Assembly (NCBI GenBank): GCA_902796695.1
Contig: CADBQE010000194.1
Coordinates: forward strand, 1 to 26,337
Source: an uncultured Lachnospiraceae bacterium
GTDB taxonomy: Bacteria > Bacillota > Clostridia > Lachnospirales > Lachnospiraceae
DNA: 26,337 nucleotides
Direction of reading: 5' to 3'
In this document: one piece after another, positions 8,501-17,001 of the stretch
Numbering within the stretch: position 1 is the stretch's first letter
Layout: every line of letters begins with the position of its first letter
Translations under genes and position numbers: made by a program
The notes under the pieces: model-generated
Told to the model about the DNA's origin: nothing
Database searches by the model: none
Seen by the model: the letters and a program-made list of their open reading frames with translations, nothing else

Positions 8501-9589
8501 TCAGGCTTTCCGCCTGCTGTCGTTCAGAATCATTCTTACGGTCTCGCGGCCCAGCTTTTCCAGCGTGCGGCCTTCCGCCCGCATGCTTCTTCCCAGAGCG
8601 GCCGATGCGATCTCGATCAGGGATGTCGCGATGGGCGTAGGGACCTCAAGGGCCTCTCCCAGCGCTTCCAGCATGACCAGGCCCTGCGGCACGTCCTCGG
8701 AAATATAGCGCGAATCCACTTTGGTGGGGCCTTTGGCACGGGTGTCCATTTCCGCGTAATCCAGGAAGACCTGCTTTGCGTCTTCCTTCTCATCCAGAGA
8801 ATTGCGGTATTTGCAGGCTTCCACGTACGGCAGACGCTCGAATCCCAGTTTTTCCAGGATATTCATTTTTTCCGCATCCAGCGCTTCCAGGATGCGCCAG
8901 GTGGCGGGGTTGTCCCTGGTATAGGCCTCGTGATACAGGCAGAAATCGCCCATAGACTTTTCAATCCGCGGGATGCTCATGACAGAGCCGACCGTATGCA
9001 CGACCATATTCGGGTTGTGGAGCGCCGCTTCCACGACCGAATCCAGATAGACGAGGCGTTCGTCCAGCTGATCCAGCTTCGCGATGGCTTCCTCCCGTCT
9101 TGCCGCCGGATAGATCCCGATCGGATTGCGCACATTGCGGAATCCGACCCGGAACAGGCCGGGTTCCATGATCCGGCCGTCGATAAACGAGCTTTCCGCT
9201 TCCGCGATAATCAGGTTTTTCCCGCTGCCGTGCTTGAGCATATAAGCTGTGGACAGATAGCCCGGGTTGATCAGCACGAGCTGGCCGTCCTCCAGGAAGG
9301 GCATAAGCCTTTCGATCAGCTGCTCATGGAAATTGGTCTGGATGTAGATGATTACGATCTCTTTTCCGCGGACTTCTTCCAGGTCCCGGCAGACCTTATG
9401 GATGCAGGCGGTCTTGACACCGCCGAACTCATTGAGCGTCATCTTGCCGTTATGTTCGACCAGGTAATTGAAATTGTCGTCATGCATGGCATGCGAGGTT
9501 TTGATCAGGGTTACTTCATGTCCTTTCAGCGTCAGATCTGCTGCGACCGCACATCCCGCATTTCCGGCTCCTACCATCGCTATTTTCAT
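8501..9589 (-). CDS. NAD/NADP-dependent octopine/nopaline (opine) dehydrogenase family protein, 362 aa
   Basis: Rossmann motif VGAGNAG, ALHNPNMVVH, and C-terminal SRYISEDVPQGL (Octopine_DH signature RYxxEDVPxGL). Confidence 0.9.
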   Translation of the reverse strand: MKIAMVGAGNAGCAVAADLTLKGHEVTLIKTSHAMHDDNFNYLVEHNGKMTLNEFGGVKTACIHKVCRDLEEVRGKEIVIIYIQTNFHEQLIERLMPFLEDGQLVLINPGYLSTAYMLKHGSGKNLIIAEAESSFIDGRIMEPGLFRVGFRNVRNPIGIYPAARREEAIAKLDQLDERLVYLDSVVEAALHNPNMVVHTVGSVMSIPRIEKSMGDFCLYHEAYTRDNPATWRILEALDAEKMNILEKLGFERLPYVEACKYRNSLDEKEDAKQVFLDYAEMDTRAKGPTKVDSRYISEDVPQGLVMLEALGEALEVPTPIATSLIEIASAALGRSMRAEGRTLEKLGRETVRMILNDSRRKA

Positions 9590-9652
9590 AATACATTTCT
9601 CCCTTGTCTCTCAGATGGCGCATCCGGCAAGTCGGCCTTCTGCCGTCCGTGA

Positions 9653-10741
9653 TTACTGCTTTTTCTTCTTTGTCAGGTAGACCTCTTCCAGCACTTCATC
9701 GGTCAGATCCCCGAAGGTGGGACCGCCCGCGACCTGGTTCTGGTCCGGCATCAGATTGAATTCGATCAGGACCGGCGTGCCGTCTTCCCGCACGGCGAAA
9801 TCCCAGCCGATCAGGTTGAAGTATGGAAGCAGCCGGTGGCAGCGGAACGCCGTCTCAATCACCGTATCGTATGACGGAACATGGATGTCCTTGAACAGCA
9901 GTCCGCTCGGATGACGGTCGGACCATTCCGACTTGCGGGTCACCGATTTCTCCTGCAGCCATCCGTCCGGTTTGATCGGGCAGGAACAGCCTCCGGACGT
10001 CACGTTGTCGATCTTGGAGTTGTTCGTTCCCATGCGCAGCTGCGCGGAAAGCAGATGAAACTCCCCTTTGAAATGGAACGTCATCACGCGGATGGTGTTC
10101 AGAGACGTATCATTGATCCGGGCCAGGTCCGGGTGCTGCTTCACGATGCGCTGCGCCACAAAATTGACGCGGAACAGGTCAAAGTACTTCAGGATATCCT
10201 CTTCGCCCATGCTGTCGGATTCATAGAACTGGATCCCGCCGCCGCCGCCGCTGAAGATGGCGGGCTTGAAGATCAGTCTGTCTTCCTTCAGGCAGAGGGC
10301 CAGCGCCTCTTCCCGGGTAATCAGGTTGTTGTCTCCGTCCATATAGTAGCCGCCGGAGTTCTTGACCACCGTTTCGGGGTGGGCCACGCCGGGCAGCATT
10401 CTTTCCAGCGCGCCTTTGTCGGTATAGGCCTTGCGGAAAATCAGGTCGTTGTAATAGGGAAGGATCTTCCGGGACCAGATGGAATCCGGAATATAGCGGG
10501 GATCGTATTTTCCGTCGCTTTCGCAGTAGATATCGTACCAGTATTTCTTGGGATTCACCCCGAACTTTTTCCAGTAAGGCACGACAACCTTCCGGAATTC
10601 CTGCATGGATCCGTTATATCCGCCGTTGATCAGGCGGATTCTTTTCTTGGCGATCTTCGTCGTTCTTACCGCTTTTCTGACGGCGTAGCAGGTCGAATAA
10701 AACGAATCCAGTGAATCCAGCCGTGTTCCTTTAGTAATCAT
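9653..10741 (-). CDS. Sugar-transfer-associated ATP-grasp protein (ATPgrasp_ST-like), 362 aa
   Basis: TDKGALE, KPAIFSGGGGGI, QHPDLARINDTSLNTIRV, IGWDFAVREDGTPVLIEFN. Confidence 0.87.
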   Translation of the reverse strand: MITKGTRLDSLDSFYSTCYAVRKAVRTTKIAKKRIRLINGGYNGSMQEFRKVVVPYWKKFGVNPKKYWYDIYCESDGKYDPRYIPDSIWSRKILPYYNDLIFRKAYTDKGALERMLPGVAHPETVVKNSGGYYMDGDNNLITREEALALCLKEDRLIFKPAIFSGGGGGIQFYESDSMGEEDILKYFDLFRVNFVAQRIVKQHPDLARINDTSLNTIRVMTFHFKGEFHLLSAQLRMGTNNSKIDNVTSGGCSCPIKPDGWLQEKSVTRKSEWSDRHPSGLLFKDIHVPSYDTVIETAFRCHRLLPYFNLIGWDFAVREDGTPVLIEFNLMPDQNQVAGGPTFGDLTDEVLEEVYLTKKKKQ

Positions 10742-10772
10742 TGTTTCTCCTTTTCAGCTGCCCGTCTTCCGG

Positions 10773-11900
10773 TCAGTCATTGCCGGACTGCAGATCCGGT
10801 TTGTCCCACAGTTTCAGATTGATGCCGATGCCCCGCTGTTTTGCCTTCTCATAGCATTCGTAAGCCCAGGAAACATCCTCGATCGGAATGCCGCCGCTGG
10901 CGCAGATGTAAACCGCGGCGGAATCACGCACGAATGACGGATCCGAAACGATTTCGGGAAGGTTCAGGACATTCTTTCCCGCTGCCAGCCATTCGCTGAG
11001 CGCCCCTTTTACCGTTACCGTTTTTGCTTCTTCCTCGGTTTCGGGTCCGGCATCGATTCCGCGGTTTTCCATATACATCCGCTTATCGTCCGCCACAAAT
11101 ACGCATGCTGTATCCGGGGCGTCCGAATAGCTCCGGTCGATCCGGATCGCGGAAGTGACGATCACACAGGCGCCGGGCTTCAGCACGCCCGCCGGAATCA
11201 GCGGATAATCGCCGAAGCGGGATACCTGCGTGCTGGCTGTAATGATCACGTCGGCGTCCTCGCAGGCTTCCGCGATGGAGCTGCAGTCCACGACCGGCGG
11301 ATAGCCCATCAGTTCGCAGTGCGAGATCATTCTCCTGCGGCTTCCGATTCCTCTGCCGAACATTCTGATCTGCTTTGCCTCTCTGCATTCGCACATGACG
11401 CCGTCCAGAGAATAGCGGCCGATCACGCCGGGGCCGATTACGGCTATCTTTTCGGCATGAGGATCGGCAAACTTTCTCGCAAACAGTCCGCTGACGCCGC
11501 CGGTTCTCATCGCGCTCAGAATATTGGCCGACATGTAAGCCAGCGGAAGGCCGGTCACGATGTCCAGCAGCTGCATCATCAGGATCGACCGCGGAATTCC
11601 CGATGCGGGGTTGTCCTGATTGGCTCCGTATGTTTTAAATCCGAAGCAGTGGTATTTCCCGCCCAGATAGGCGGGCATGGCCGTAAACCAGCGGCCCGGC
11701 GCATCCAACGGCATGCCGGGGATATCGGACTCTTTCGGGAAGCGGGTGCGCAGGCCGTGATCGCTGTTGTGCGGACCGCCCAGCCGGTAATCTCCCCTGT
11801 GCAGAAGACGGAAGGTTTCATCCATCGTATCGATGCAGTGCGGCATTTCCTTAACGCCGGCCCTGATCATATCCTCTTCGCTAAGATACAAAAACTCCAT
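10773..11900 (-). CDS. Ornithine cyclodeaminase/mu-crystallin family protein (resembles the group annotated tyramine oxidase subunit B), 375 aa
   Basis: FLYLSEEDMIRAGV, AMPAYLGG, PRSILMMQLLDIVTGLPLAYMSANILSAMRTG, IGPGVIG, GGIPIEDVSWA. Start moved to the ATG at 11900 after a GGAGGT RBS. Confidence 0.85.
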   Translation of the reverse strand: MEFLYLSEEDMIRAGVKEMPHCIDTMDETFRLLHRGDYRLGGPHNSDHGLRTRFPKESDIPGMPLDAPGRWFTAMPAYLGGKYHCFGFKTYGANQDNPASGIPRSILMMQLLDIVTGLPLAYMSANILSAMRTGGVSGLFARKFADPHAEKIAVIGPGVIGRYSLDGVMCECREAKQIRMFGRGIGSRRRMISHCELMGYPPVVDCSSIAEACEDADVIITASTQVSRFGDYPLIPAGVLKPGACVIVTSAIRIDRSYSDAPDTACVFVADDKRMYMENRGIDAGPETEEEAKTVTVKGALSEWLAAGKNVLNLPEIVSDPSFVRDSAAVYICASGGIPIEDVSWAYECYEKAKQRGIGINLKLWDKPDLQSGND

Positions 11901-11919
11901 TATCTTAACCTCCGCTTTT

Positions 11920-13194
11920 TTATTGAAGCAGTCTGCCGACGTCAAACGGCTTATACATCATATCCCTGCCGTTTTCATCCCGCACGGACAGCGTATTCTG
12001 GATCTGCCGGATTTTGCGGACCATCCCCTCAAAGCTGTTTTCCAGAAGAACGATCTCCGCGAAACGCTGTCTTGTGGTATAGGTCCACTCCACGGTATCT
12101 CCGGCTTCATACCGGCACTCCATCGCATAAACGGCAGGATCCCGGGCCACTTCGTCAATGCCTTTCACTTCGGACACCGTTCCCGCCCCCAGCGTCGGAT
12201 ACAGAATGCAGGCGCATTTGCCGTCCAGATACACATTCCGGTCGGACAGCTTCAGTTCCGGCATTTTTCCGGTAAGCGCGAAGGTGATCATGATCTCGGC
12301 CAGATCAGCCCCGTAGAGGGATCGATAGATCGCCTCGTAATCCACGGCCGGGAATCTCAGGCCGGGATCATAAAAGCGGAACACGCCGTCGTCATAGAAT
12401 CCCTGCGCCATGACCGGGCCGTTCCGGAAGCCGATGGACCGCATCATTTCGACAAATCTGTCGTTGACCTGCGCCATATATTCTTCTGTATAGACCGAAG
12501 GAGAAACGCTGCACAGGGCAACCCGGTCCAGTTTTTCCTCTACCAGCCCTTTGTAGCCGTCCGTGGTCCGCAGGACGTACGCCTTTCCGTCCGCGAACAG
12601 ATAGTTTACCTGAAAACTGTTTTTTCCGCCGATATATTTTTCGATAAGGATATTCCCCGAGAGGGAATTGCTTCTGGCGCAGGCGATGCCGGCTTCCAGC
12701 TCCCGCTCGTTCCGGCATACCGAAACACCCTTGGACGCCCGGCTGTCGACCGGCTTTGTCACGACGGGGAAGCTGATCCGGTGCGCCTTGGCATCATCCT
12801 CCGTATATTCCGGGATAACGCCGATCCCGTTCCGGCGGCAGAGTTCCTTGAACCGTCCCTTGTCGGACATAATGCGGAACTGTTCCGGCGTTCCGTAGCA
12901 CGGCAGCCCCAGGGCTTCGCAGATCTCGGCATACGGCATCTGGGAGATATCGCTCCACGCGGCGACGACGCCGTCAATACCGGATTCCTTTGCCTTCCGG
13001 ATCAGGCTCTCGACATCCAGAAGACTGATATTCCAGTTCTCATCGGAAATCAGCTTGGCCGGAGCCGCCTTGGAAGGTTCCAGGTAATCCGCCACGATGG
13101 TATAAATGCCCATCTCCCTGGCTTTCCTGACCACCTTTACGTGCGGACCGGTACCGGACAGAATCAACAGCCGCTTTCCTTTCATCGACTCCAT
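11920..13194 (-). CDS. ATP-grasp domain amino-acid ligase (CPS-like / L-amino acid ligase-like), 424 aa
   Basis: N-terminal KRLLILSG...GIYTIVAD, SDKGRFKELC, KPVDSRASKGV, LIEKYIGG, FYDPGLRF. Confidence 0.85.
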   Translation of the reverse strand: MESMKGKRLLILSGTGPHVKVVRKAREMGIYTIVADYLEPSKAAPAKLISDENWNISLLDVESLIRKAKESGIDGVVAAWSDISQMPYAEICEALGLPCYGTPEQFRIMSDKGRFKELCRRNGIGVIPEYTEDDAKAHRISFPVVTKPVDSRASKGVSVCRNERELEAGIACARSNSLSGNILIEKYIGGKNSFQVNYLFADGKAYVLRTTDGYKGLVEEKLDRVALCSVSPSVYTEEYMAQVNDRFVEMMRSIGFRNGPVMAQGFYDDGVFRFYDPGLRFPAVDYEAIYRSLYGADLAEIMITFALTGKMPELKLSDRNVYLDGKCACILYPTLGAGTVSEVKGIDEVARDPAVYAMECRYEAGDTVEWTYTTRQRFAEIVLLENSFEGMVRKIRQIQNTLSVRDENGRDMMYKPFDVGRLLQ

Positions 13195-13198
13195 CTTG

Positions 13199-14008
13199 TC
13201 AGTCTCCTTTCACCTCTTCCCACAGGTCCGGATACATTCTCTTGAAGCGGTTCAGCGTCGTGGCCACGCCGGTGTGGTCATATCCGGCAAAATAGCCGTT
13301 GCCTTCCGCGGCTTTGCTGCGGTGCCTGACGTTGAAGGTCATTTTAAACAGCAGCAGAATCATTTTGAGATCCACCGCGAAGCTGACATGCTCCACATAC
13401 CAGATATCGTTTTCAAACTGGTTCTGATACTGGCAGATCTCCGGATCGCCCGCCAGCACGCGGGGGCATTCCAGGCCCGGCCGCACCGCCGCACGCTTTT
13501 TGTGGCGTTCGCTCATCCGTTCCTGATAGGAAACCGGCAGCGGCCGGGGACCGATGATCGACATGTCGCCCTTGACGATGGACCAGAAATTCAGCAGTTC
13601 GTCGAGAGACAGCTTCCGCATGAATTTCCCGAATTTCGTGGTTCTTTCCTTCGGAGAGAGCATCTTCCCGTCCGCATCCGTTTTGTTGTTCATGTTGCGG
13701 AATTTGACCAGGACAAACGGCTTTCCGCCCCTCCCGATCCGGGACTGCTTGTAGAAGATCGGTCTGCCGACGTCAAAGAATGTGCAGATTCCGAAGATCA
13801 CATTAAACGGCAGCGTGATCAGAAAAGCGGGGACTCCGACCAGCAGGTCCAGTCCGCGCTTGACATATCTGACATAGAAATTGTCCGCCGGATGCACTTC
13901 CGCACTTTCCGCGTTGACTTTTGCCAGATTGTTCTCCCGCAGATAGCTGATCAGTTTTTCCTCGTCTCCGGTGATCAGATTGTAATTGCCTATCGTTCCC
14001 GTTTCCAT
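13199..14008 (-). CDS. Small monotopic (PglC/EpsL-like) phosphoglycosyl transferase, Bac_transf family, about 269 aa
   Basis: YVKRGLDL, PIFYKQSRIG, KFRNM, LDELLN, GDMSIIGPRP, VRPGL, DIWYV, DLKMI. ATG at 14008 (AAGGA upstream) preferred over the TTG at 14029. Confidence 0.9.
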   Translation of the reverse strand: METGTIGNYNLITGDEEKLISYLRENNLAKVNAESAEVHPADNFYVRYVKRGLDLLVGVPAFLITLPFNVIFGICTFFDVGRPIFYKQSRIGRGGKPFVLVKFRNMNNKTDADGKMLSPKERTTKFGKFMRKLSLDELLNFWSIVKGDMSIIGPRPLPVSYQERMSERHKKRAAVRPGLECPRVLAGDPEICQYQNQFENDIWYVEHVSFAVDLKMILLLFKMTFNVRHRSKAAEGNGYFAGYDHTGVATTLNRFKRMYPDLWEEVKGD

Positions 14009-14048
14009 CCCGTCTGTTCCTTCCGCCAAGATTGTGTGTGTCCGAGTG

Positions 14049-15242
14049 CTACCGCAGTGAATACGGGCAGATCAGATCCATGCGGCTCATGATCTGCCGC
14101 AGCGGCTCCTTGAAGCCGGTCTCCGTGCAGGCCTGCTGGACCAGTTCGCCCGACGGATTGATTTCTACAACGACCCATCCCTGTTTCGAATAGGCCAGGT
14201 CAAAGCTTTTGTATTTCATCTCCGGCAGGACCAGGGAGGCCTCCCGGCAGATCCGGAGCGCTTCCTCCCAGTCGGGGAAAGCAAATCCGATATACGGGAT
14301 GTGCGTATCCGGATGCTCCGCATATTCATTCCCGAATTCGTCCACGCCGTGTGCGGACACGATGCCCTTCTCCACGTCGATCATGGCAAAGATCCCGCCG
14401 GCGCCGGCATTGTCCACAAAGGATCCGGGTCTTCCGGTCCTGATGAATCCGTAGGCGGGAAGCACTCCGTCCCGGGTCAGATAGGTCGCTACGCGGACCG
14501 TGTTGATGGAAGAGGTGTTGAAGCGGGCCATTTCATCGCCCTGTTCGATCCGTTCCTCCAGCAGCACCTTTCCGTGGCGGATGATCTCGTTGAAATCACG
14601 GCGCAGATCATCCGTGACCTTCTGCAGCCAGACCCCCATCCCCATGGAGGAATTGACGATTTTTACCACAAAGACCGGATGCTTCCGGGCAAAGGCTTCG
14701 TACTTTTCAAAATCCCGGCCGGTTTCCAGCGTTACCGCTTCCCGCTTATACCAATCCTTGAAATAGCGGTACACTTTGCTCTTGTCGGCCAGCGCGGACT
14801 GCGTAAAATCATTCATCGTATGCTTTACGCAGGTTCTCTCCGTATTGGAAATAAAGGTCCGCATGTCCCTTCTGTCCAGATGGAAATAGGCAAAATCCTT
14901 GGGAGGGAACCCGTAGGCATAATAGGCATATTCGATTTCATCCCGCAGCGCTTCCACTCTGGCGCTGTCAAAGCCGTAGCGCGGTTCCGCGATCAGATTC
15001 CGGAGCCGGCGTTCCAGGTCCTCCGCGCTTGCGGGATGCTTTTCCCGGTGTCTGCGGATGATTTCCGGTCTCAGTTCCGGGTGTTCTTCACAGGTTTTCA
15101 GTTCCGGAAGCGGAAGCATGAATGCGGTAATTCTGCCGATCTCCTTCGCCGTCAGATATCGCTTGAGCGACATCGGCGCGAACGACATCACTTTCCGGAA
15201 GGAATCCTTTGCCTTGCGTTTTATGGCTTTCCTGCTGATCAT
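14049..15242 (-). CDS. Sugar-transfer-associated ATP-grasp protein (ATPgrasp_ST-like), 397 aa
   Basis: ADKSKVY, KIVNSSMGMGV, LLEERIEQ, NTSSINTVRV, VDNAGAGG, FDLAYSKQGWVVVEIN. Confidence 0.83.
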   Translation of the reverse strand: MISRKAIKRKAKDSFRKVMSFAPMSLKRYLTAKEIGRITAFMLPLPELKTCEEHPELRPEIIRRHREKHPASAEDLERRLRNLIAEPRYGFDSARVEALRDEIEYAYYAYGFPPKDFAYFHLDRRDMRTFISNTERTCVKHTMNDFTQSALADKSKVYRYFKDWYKREAVTLETGRDFEKYEAFARKHPVFVVKIVNSSMGMGVWLQKVTDDLRRDFNEIIRHGKVLLEERIEQGDEMARFNTSSINTVRVATYLTRDGVLPAYGFIRTGRPGSFVDNAGAGGIFAMIDVEKGIVSAHGVDEFGNEYAEHPDTHIPYIGFAFPDWEEALRICREASLVLPEMKYKSFDLAYSKQGWVVVEINPSGELVQQACTETGFKEPLRQIMSRMDLICPYSLR

Positions 15243-15243
15243 T

Positions 15244-16215
15244 TCAGGCGTTCAGTTCCTTTCTGAAGGTAAATTTCAGACTCCGCTCACAGCCCACGCT
15301 CTCCTTGAAATTGCCGAGCCCGTAATTCGGGATACTGTCCTTGCCGGCGGTCGCCTTGTCCAGGATCTCATAGCCCCGGTCCCCGTAGTAGCGGATCGTG
15401 TAATAGGTCAGCAGGTTCATGCCGTTGCAGTCCATGTAATCCGGATGGGTCCCCGTATAGATTCCCTGAACGATTCTGTCATTGATCCGGTACAGGTACT
15501 CCGCCACGATGCCGACCCCGTCCTTGCGGACAATAAACGCATCGTGGGCCACCAGTTTCAGCGTGTCCGAGAGCTGTTCGTAGGACATATGGACCGGGAA
15601 TCCTTTGGCGTCATGCCCGATCTGTATGATCCGGTATGCTTCCCGATAATCCTCTTCCGTTTCGCAGCGGATGATCTCCAGCCCCGATTTTTCCGCTTTG
15701 CGCAGCGCCTTCCGGCCTTTCTGCGTGATCATCTGACCGTAGGTTTCTTCGTCCGTATTCAGCTTTTTCAGGTCCAGGAAGAAATTCAGATCGATATTTT
15801 CAAAGCGGTACTGCTTCCGGTAAAGAGCGCTCACCCAGCCGCTGAGCTGGTGTTCGTCATAGAACAGCGGCGGAAAAATAAACCGGATCGATGCCGCGCC
15901 CTGTTCCCGGCAGTAGTCCTCATAGATCTCCAGCGCCGCGTCGATCGTTTCCTGCTTCGACTCGTTGATGATCGCGACCGGGTAGGAGTACGGCGCGGAA
16001 AAAGGCGTCCGCATCTCCTCTCCTGTTTTCCCGGCGATCAGTCCGAACCGGGCGGAATTCTCCCGCATGAAGATCAGATAATGCACTTCATCGGCTTTGT
16101 CCCTGTTCAGTTCCGTAAAAGCCGGTTCGTTGAAGAAGATGCGTCTGTCCGGAACCAGTTCCCTGTATTCGTCGGCGGACACCCTTCTGATATACCACAA
16201 GCTCTTGTCTTCCAT
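15244..16215 (-). CDS. FemAB/BioF2-like double-GNAT acyl- or aminoacyl-transferase, 323 aa
   Basis: PFSAPYS, RKALRKAEKSGL, NLLTYYTIRYY and PNYGLGNFKESVG match the FemAB-like GNAT pattern (R..rKa.k.Gl ... GL..FKes.G). Confidence 0.65.
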   Translation of the reverse strand: MEDKSLWYIRRVSADEYRELVPDRRIFFNEPAFTELNRDKADEVHYLIFMRENSARFGLIAGKTGEEMRTPFSAPYSYPVAIINESKQETIDAALEIYEDYCREQGAASIRFIFPPLFYDEHQLSGWVSALYRKQYRFENIDLNFFLDLKKLNTDEETYGQMITQKGRKALRKAEKSGLEIIRCETEEDYREAYRIIQIGHDAKGFPVHMSYEQLSDTLKLVAHDAFIVRKDGVGIVAEYLYRINDRIVQGIYTGTHPDYMDCNGMNLLTYYTIRYYGDRGYEILDKATAGKDSIPNYGLGNFKESVGCERSLKFTFRKELNA

Positions 16216-16306
16216 AAACTGTTCTCCGCCCGGAAGCCGCCCGCCTGTTTTTCCGCGGCCCGCTCCGGGGATGCCATATTAATGATTTTTAAAAACCGGC
16301 CTCGCC

Positions 16307-16987
16307 TTAATCCAGCATGAAGCTGTCTTCCATGTTCAGCCAGGCGACATAATCAAAGAAGATCTCATAGTCACGGAAGCCGTCTTTTCTGAGTTTGCTC
16401 CAGTTTTTGATGCGGTCGCGGCCGTAGCGCTTTACGTAAAAGATCTCTTTGCCGTCCGCCCGTTCCTCATTCCAGGTAAACATGATCTTCCGCTTCAGGT
16501 CCAGATGTTCGTCCAGATGCCGGAACTGCTCCACCTGCTCATCCGTGAGGTTCTGGTCCGCGACGACGACAAAGATATTGTCCGTCATTCTTTCCTTGCG
16601 GTCTTCCCACTTGGCGCGTGCTTCTTCTTCGGTCTTGAAGTGCTCGAAAAAGATTTTTATGGTTTTGTCGCCTTCCCCGATGGTTCCCTTGGGATAGGTG
16701 GTGCTTTCGTAAAACCGGATCTCCTGCTTCAGATAATAGGGCATATCCGTCAGGAATTTCAGGAAATCCGCGTCCTTGATGCTCATATTGATCGTGGGAG
16801 ACAGGAACTGTCTGCCCATCGTATGATAGATCAGGCCGGCCATGCAGTCGCTCGTCAGCATCGTAAAGTCCGGGAGGCTGCTGCTGCGTTCGCGGATCTC
16901 TTTGACATATCTGTCATATTTCCCTTTGTTCAGAAGTTTTACGCCTCCGCGCAGGAAGTTCTTCAGGGCACCATCTTGCATTCTCAT
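16307..16987 (-). CDS. DUF1919 family protein, 226 aa
   Basis: TSDCMAGLIYHTMGRQFLSPTINM, IFFEHFKTEEEARAKWEDRKERM (family pattern S.nC.gG.iY..lg..f.SPtiN ... F.HY....eA..KW.rR..R); AGAGGA RBS. Confidence 0.8.
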   Translation of the reverse strand: MRMQDGALKNFLRGGVKLLNKGKYDRYVKEIRERSSSLPDFTMLTSDCMAGLIYHTMGRQFLSPTINMSIKDADFLKFLTDMPYYLKQEIRFYESTTYPKGTIGEGDKTIKIFFEHFKTEEEARAKWEDRKERMTDNIFVVVADQNLTDEQVEQFRHLDEHLDLKRKIMFTWNEERADGKEIFYVKRYGRDRIKNWSKLRKDGFRDYEIFFDYVAWLNMEDSFMLD

Positions 16988-17001
16988 CTTATATCCTCTT
17001 T

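Noticed and set aside
7390-8640. Long plus-strand ORFs (e.g. 7390-8640, 11833-13245, 15058-16320, 21940-23436, 24325-25899) and minus-strand 370-1074
   Set aside because: They are antisense shadows of well-supported genes in GC-rich DNA, with no recognisable motifs and no RBS or promoter support.
8501-11900. Staphylopine/pseudopaline- or staphyloferrin-type metallophore cluster (opine DH + OCD family)
   Set aside because: There is no nicotianamine synthase-like gene, NIS synthetase, SbnA-like PLP enzyme or metal ABC/MFS exporter, and the genes are embedded in a wzx/wzy/LCP operon.
6414-15242. ATP-grasp RiPP (graspetide/microviridin) cluster
   Set aside because: No precursor peptide with repeated core motifs was found, and the ligases carry ATPgrasp_ST-type motifs in a polysaccharide context.
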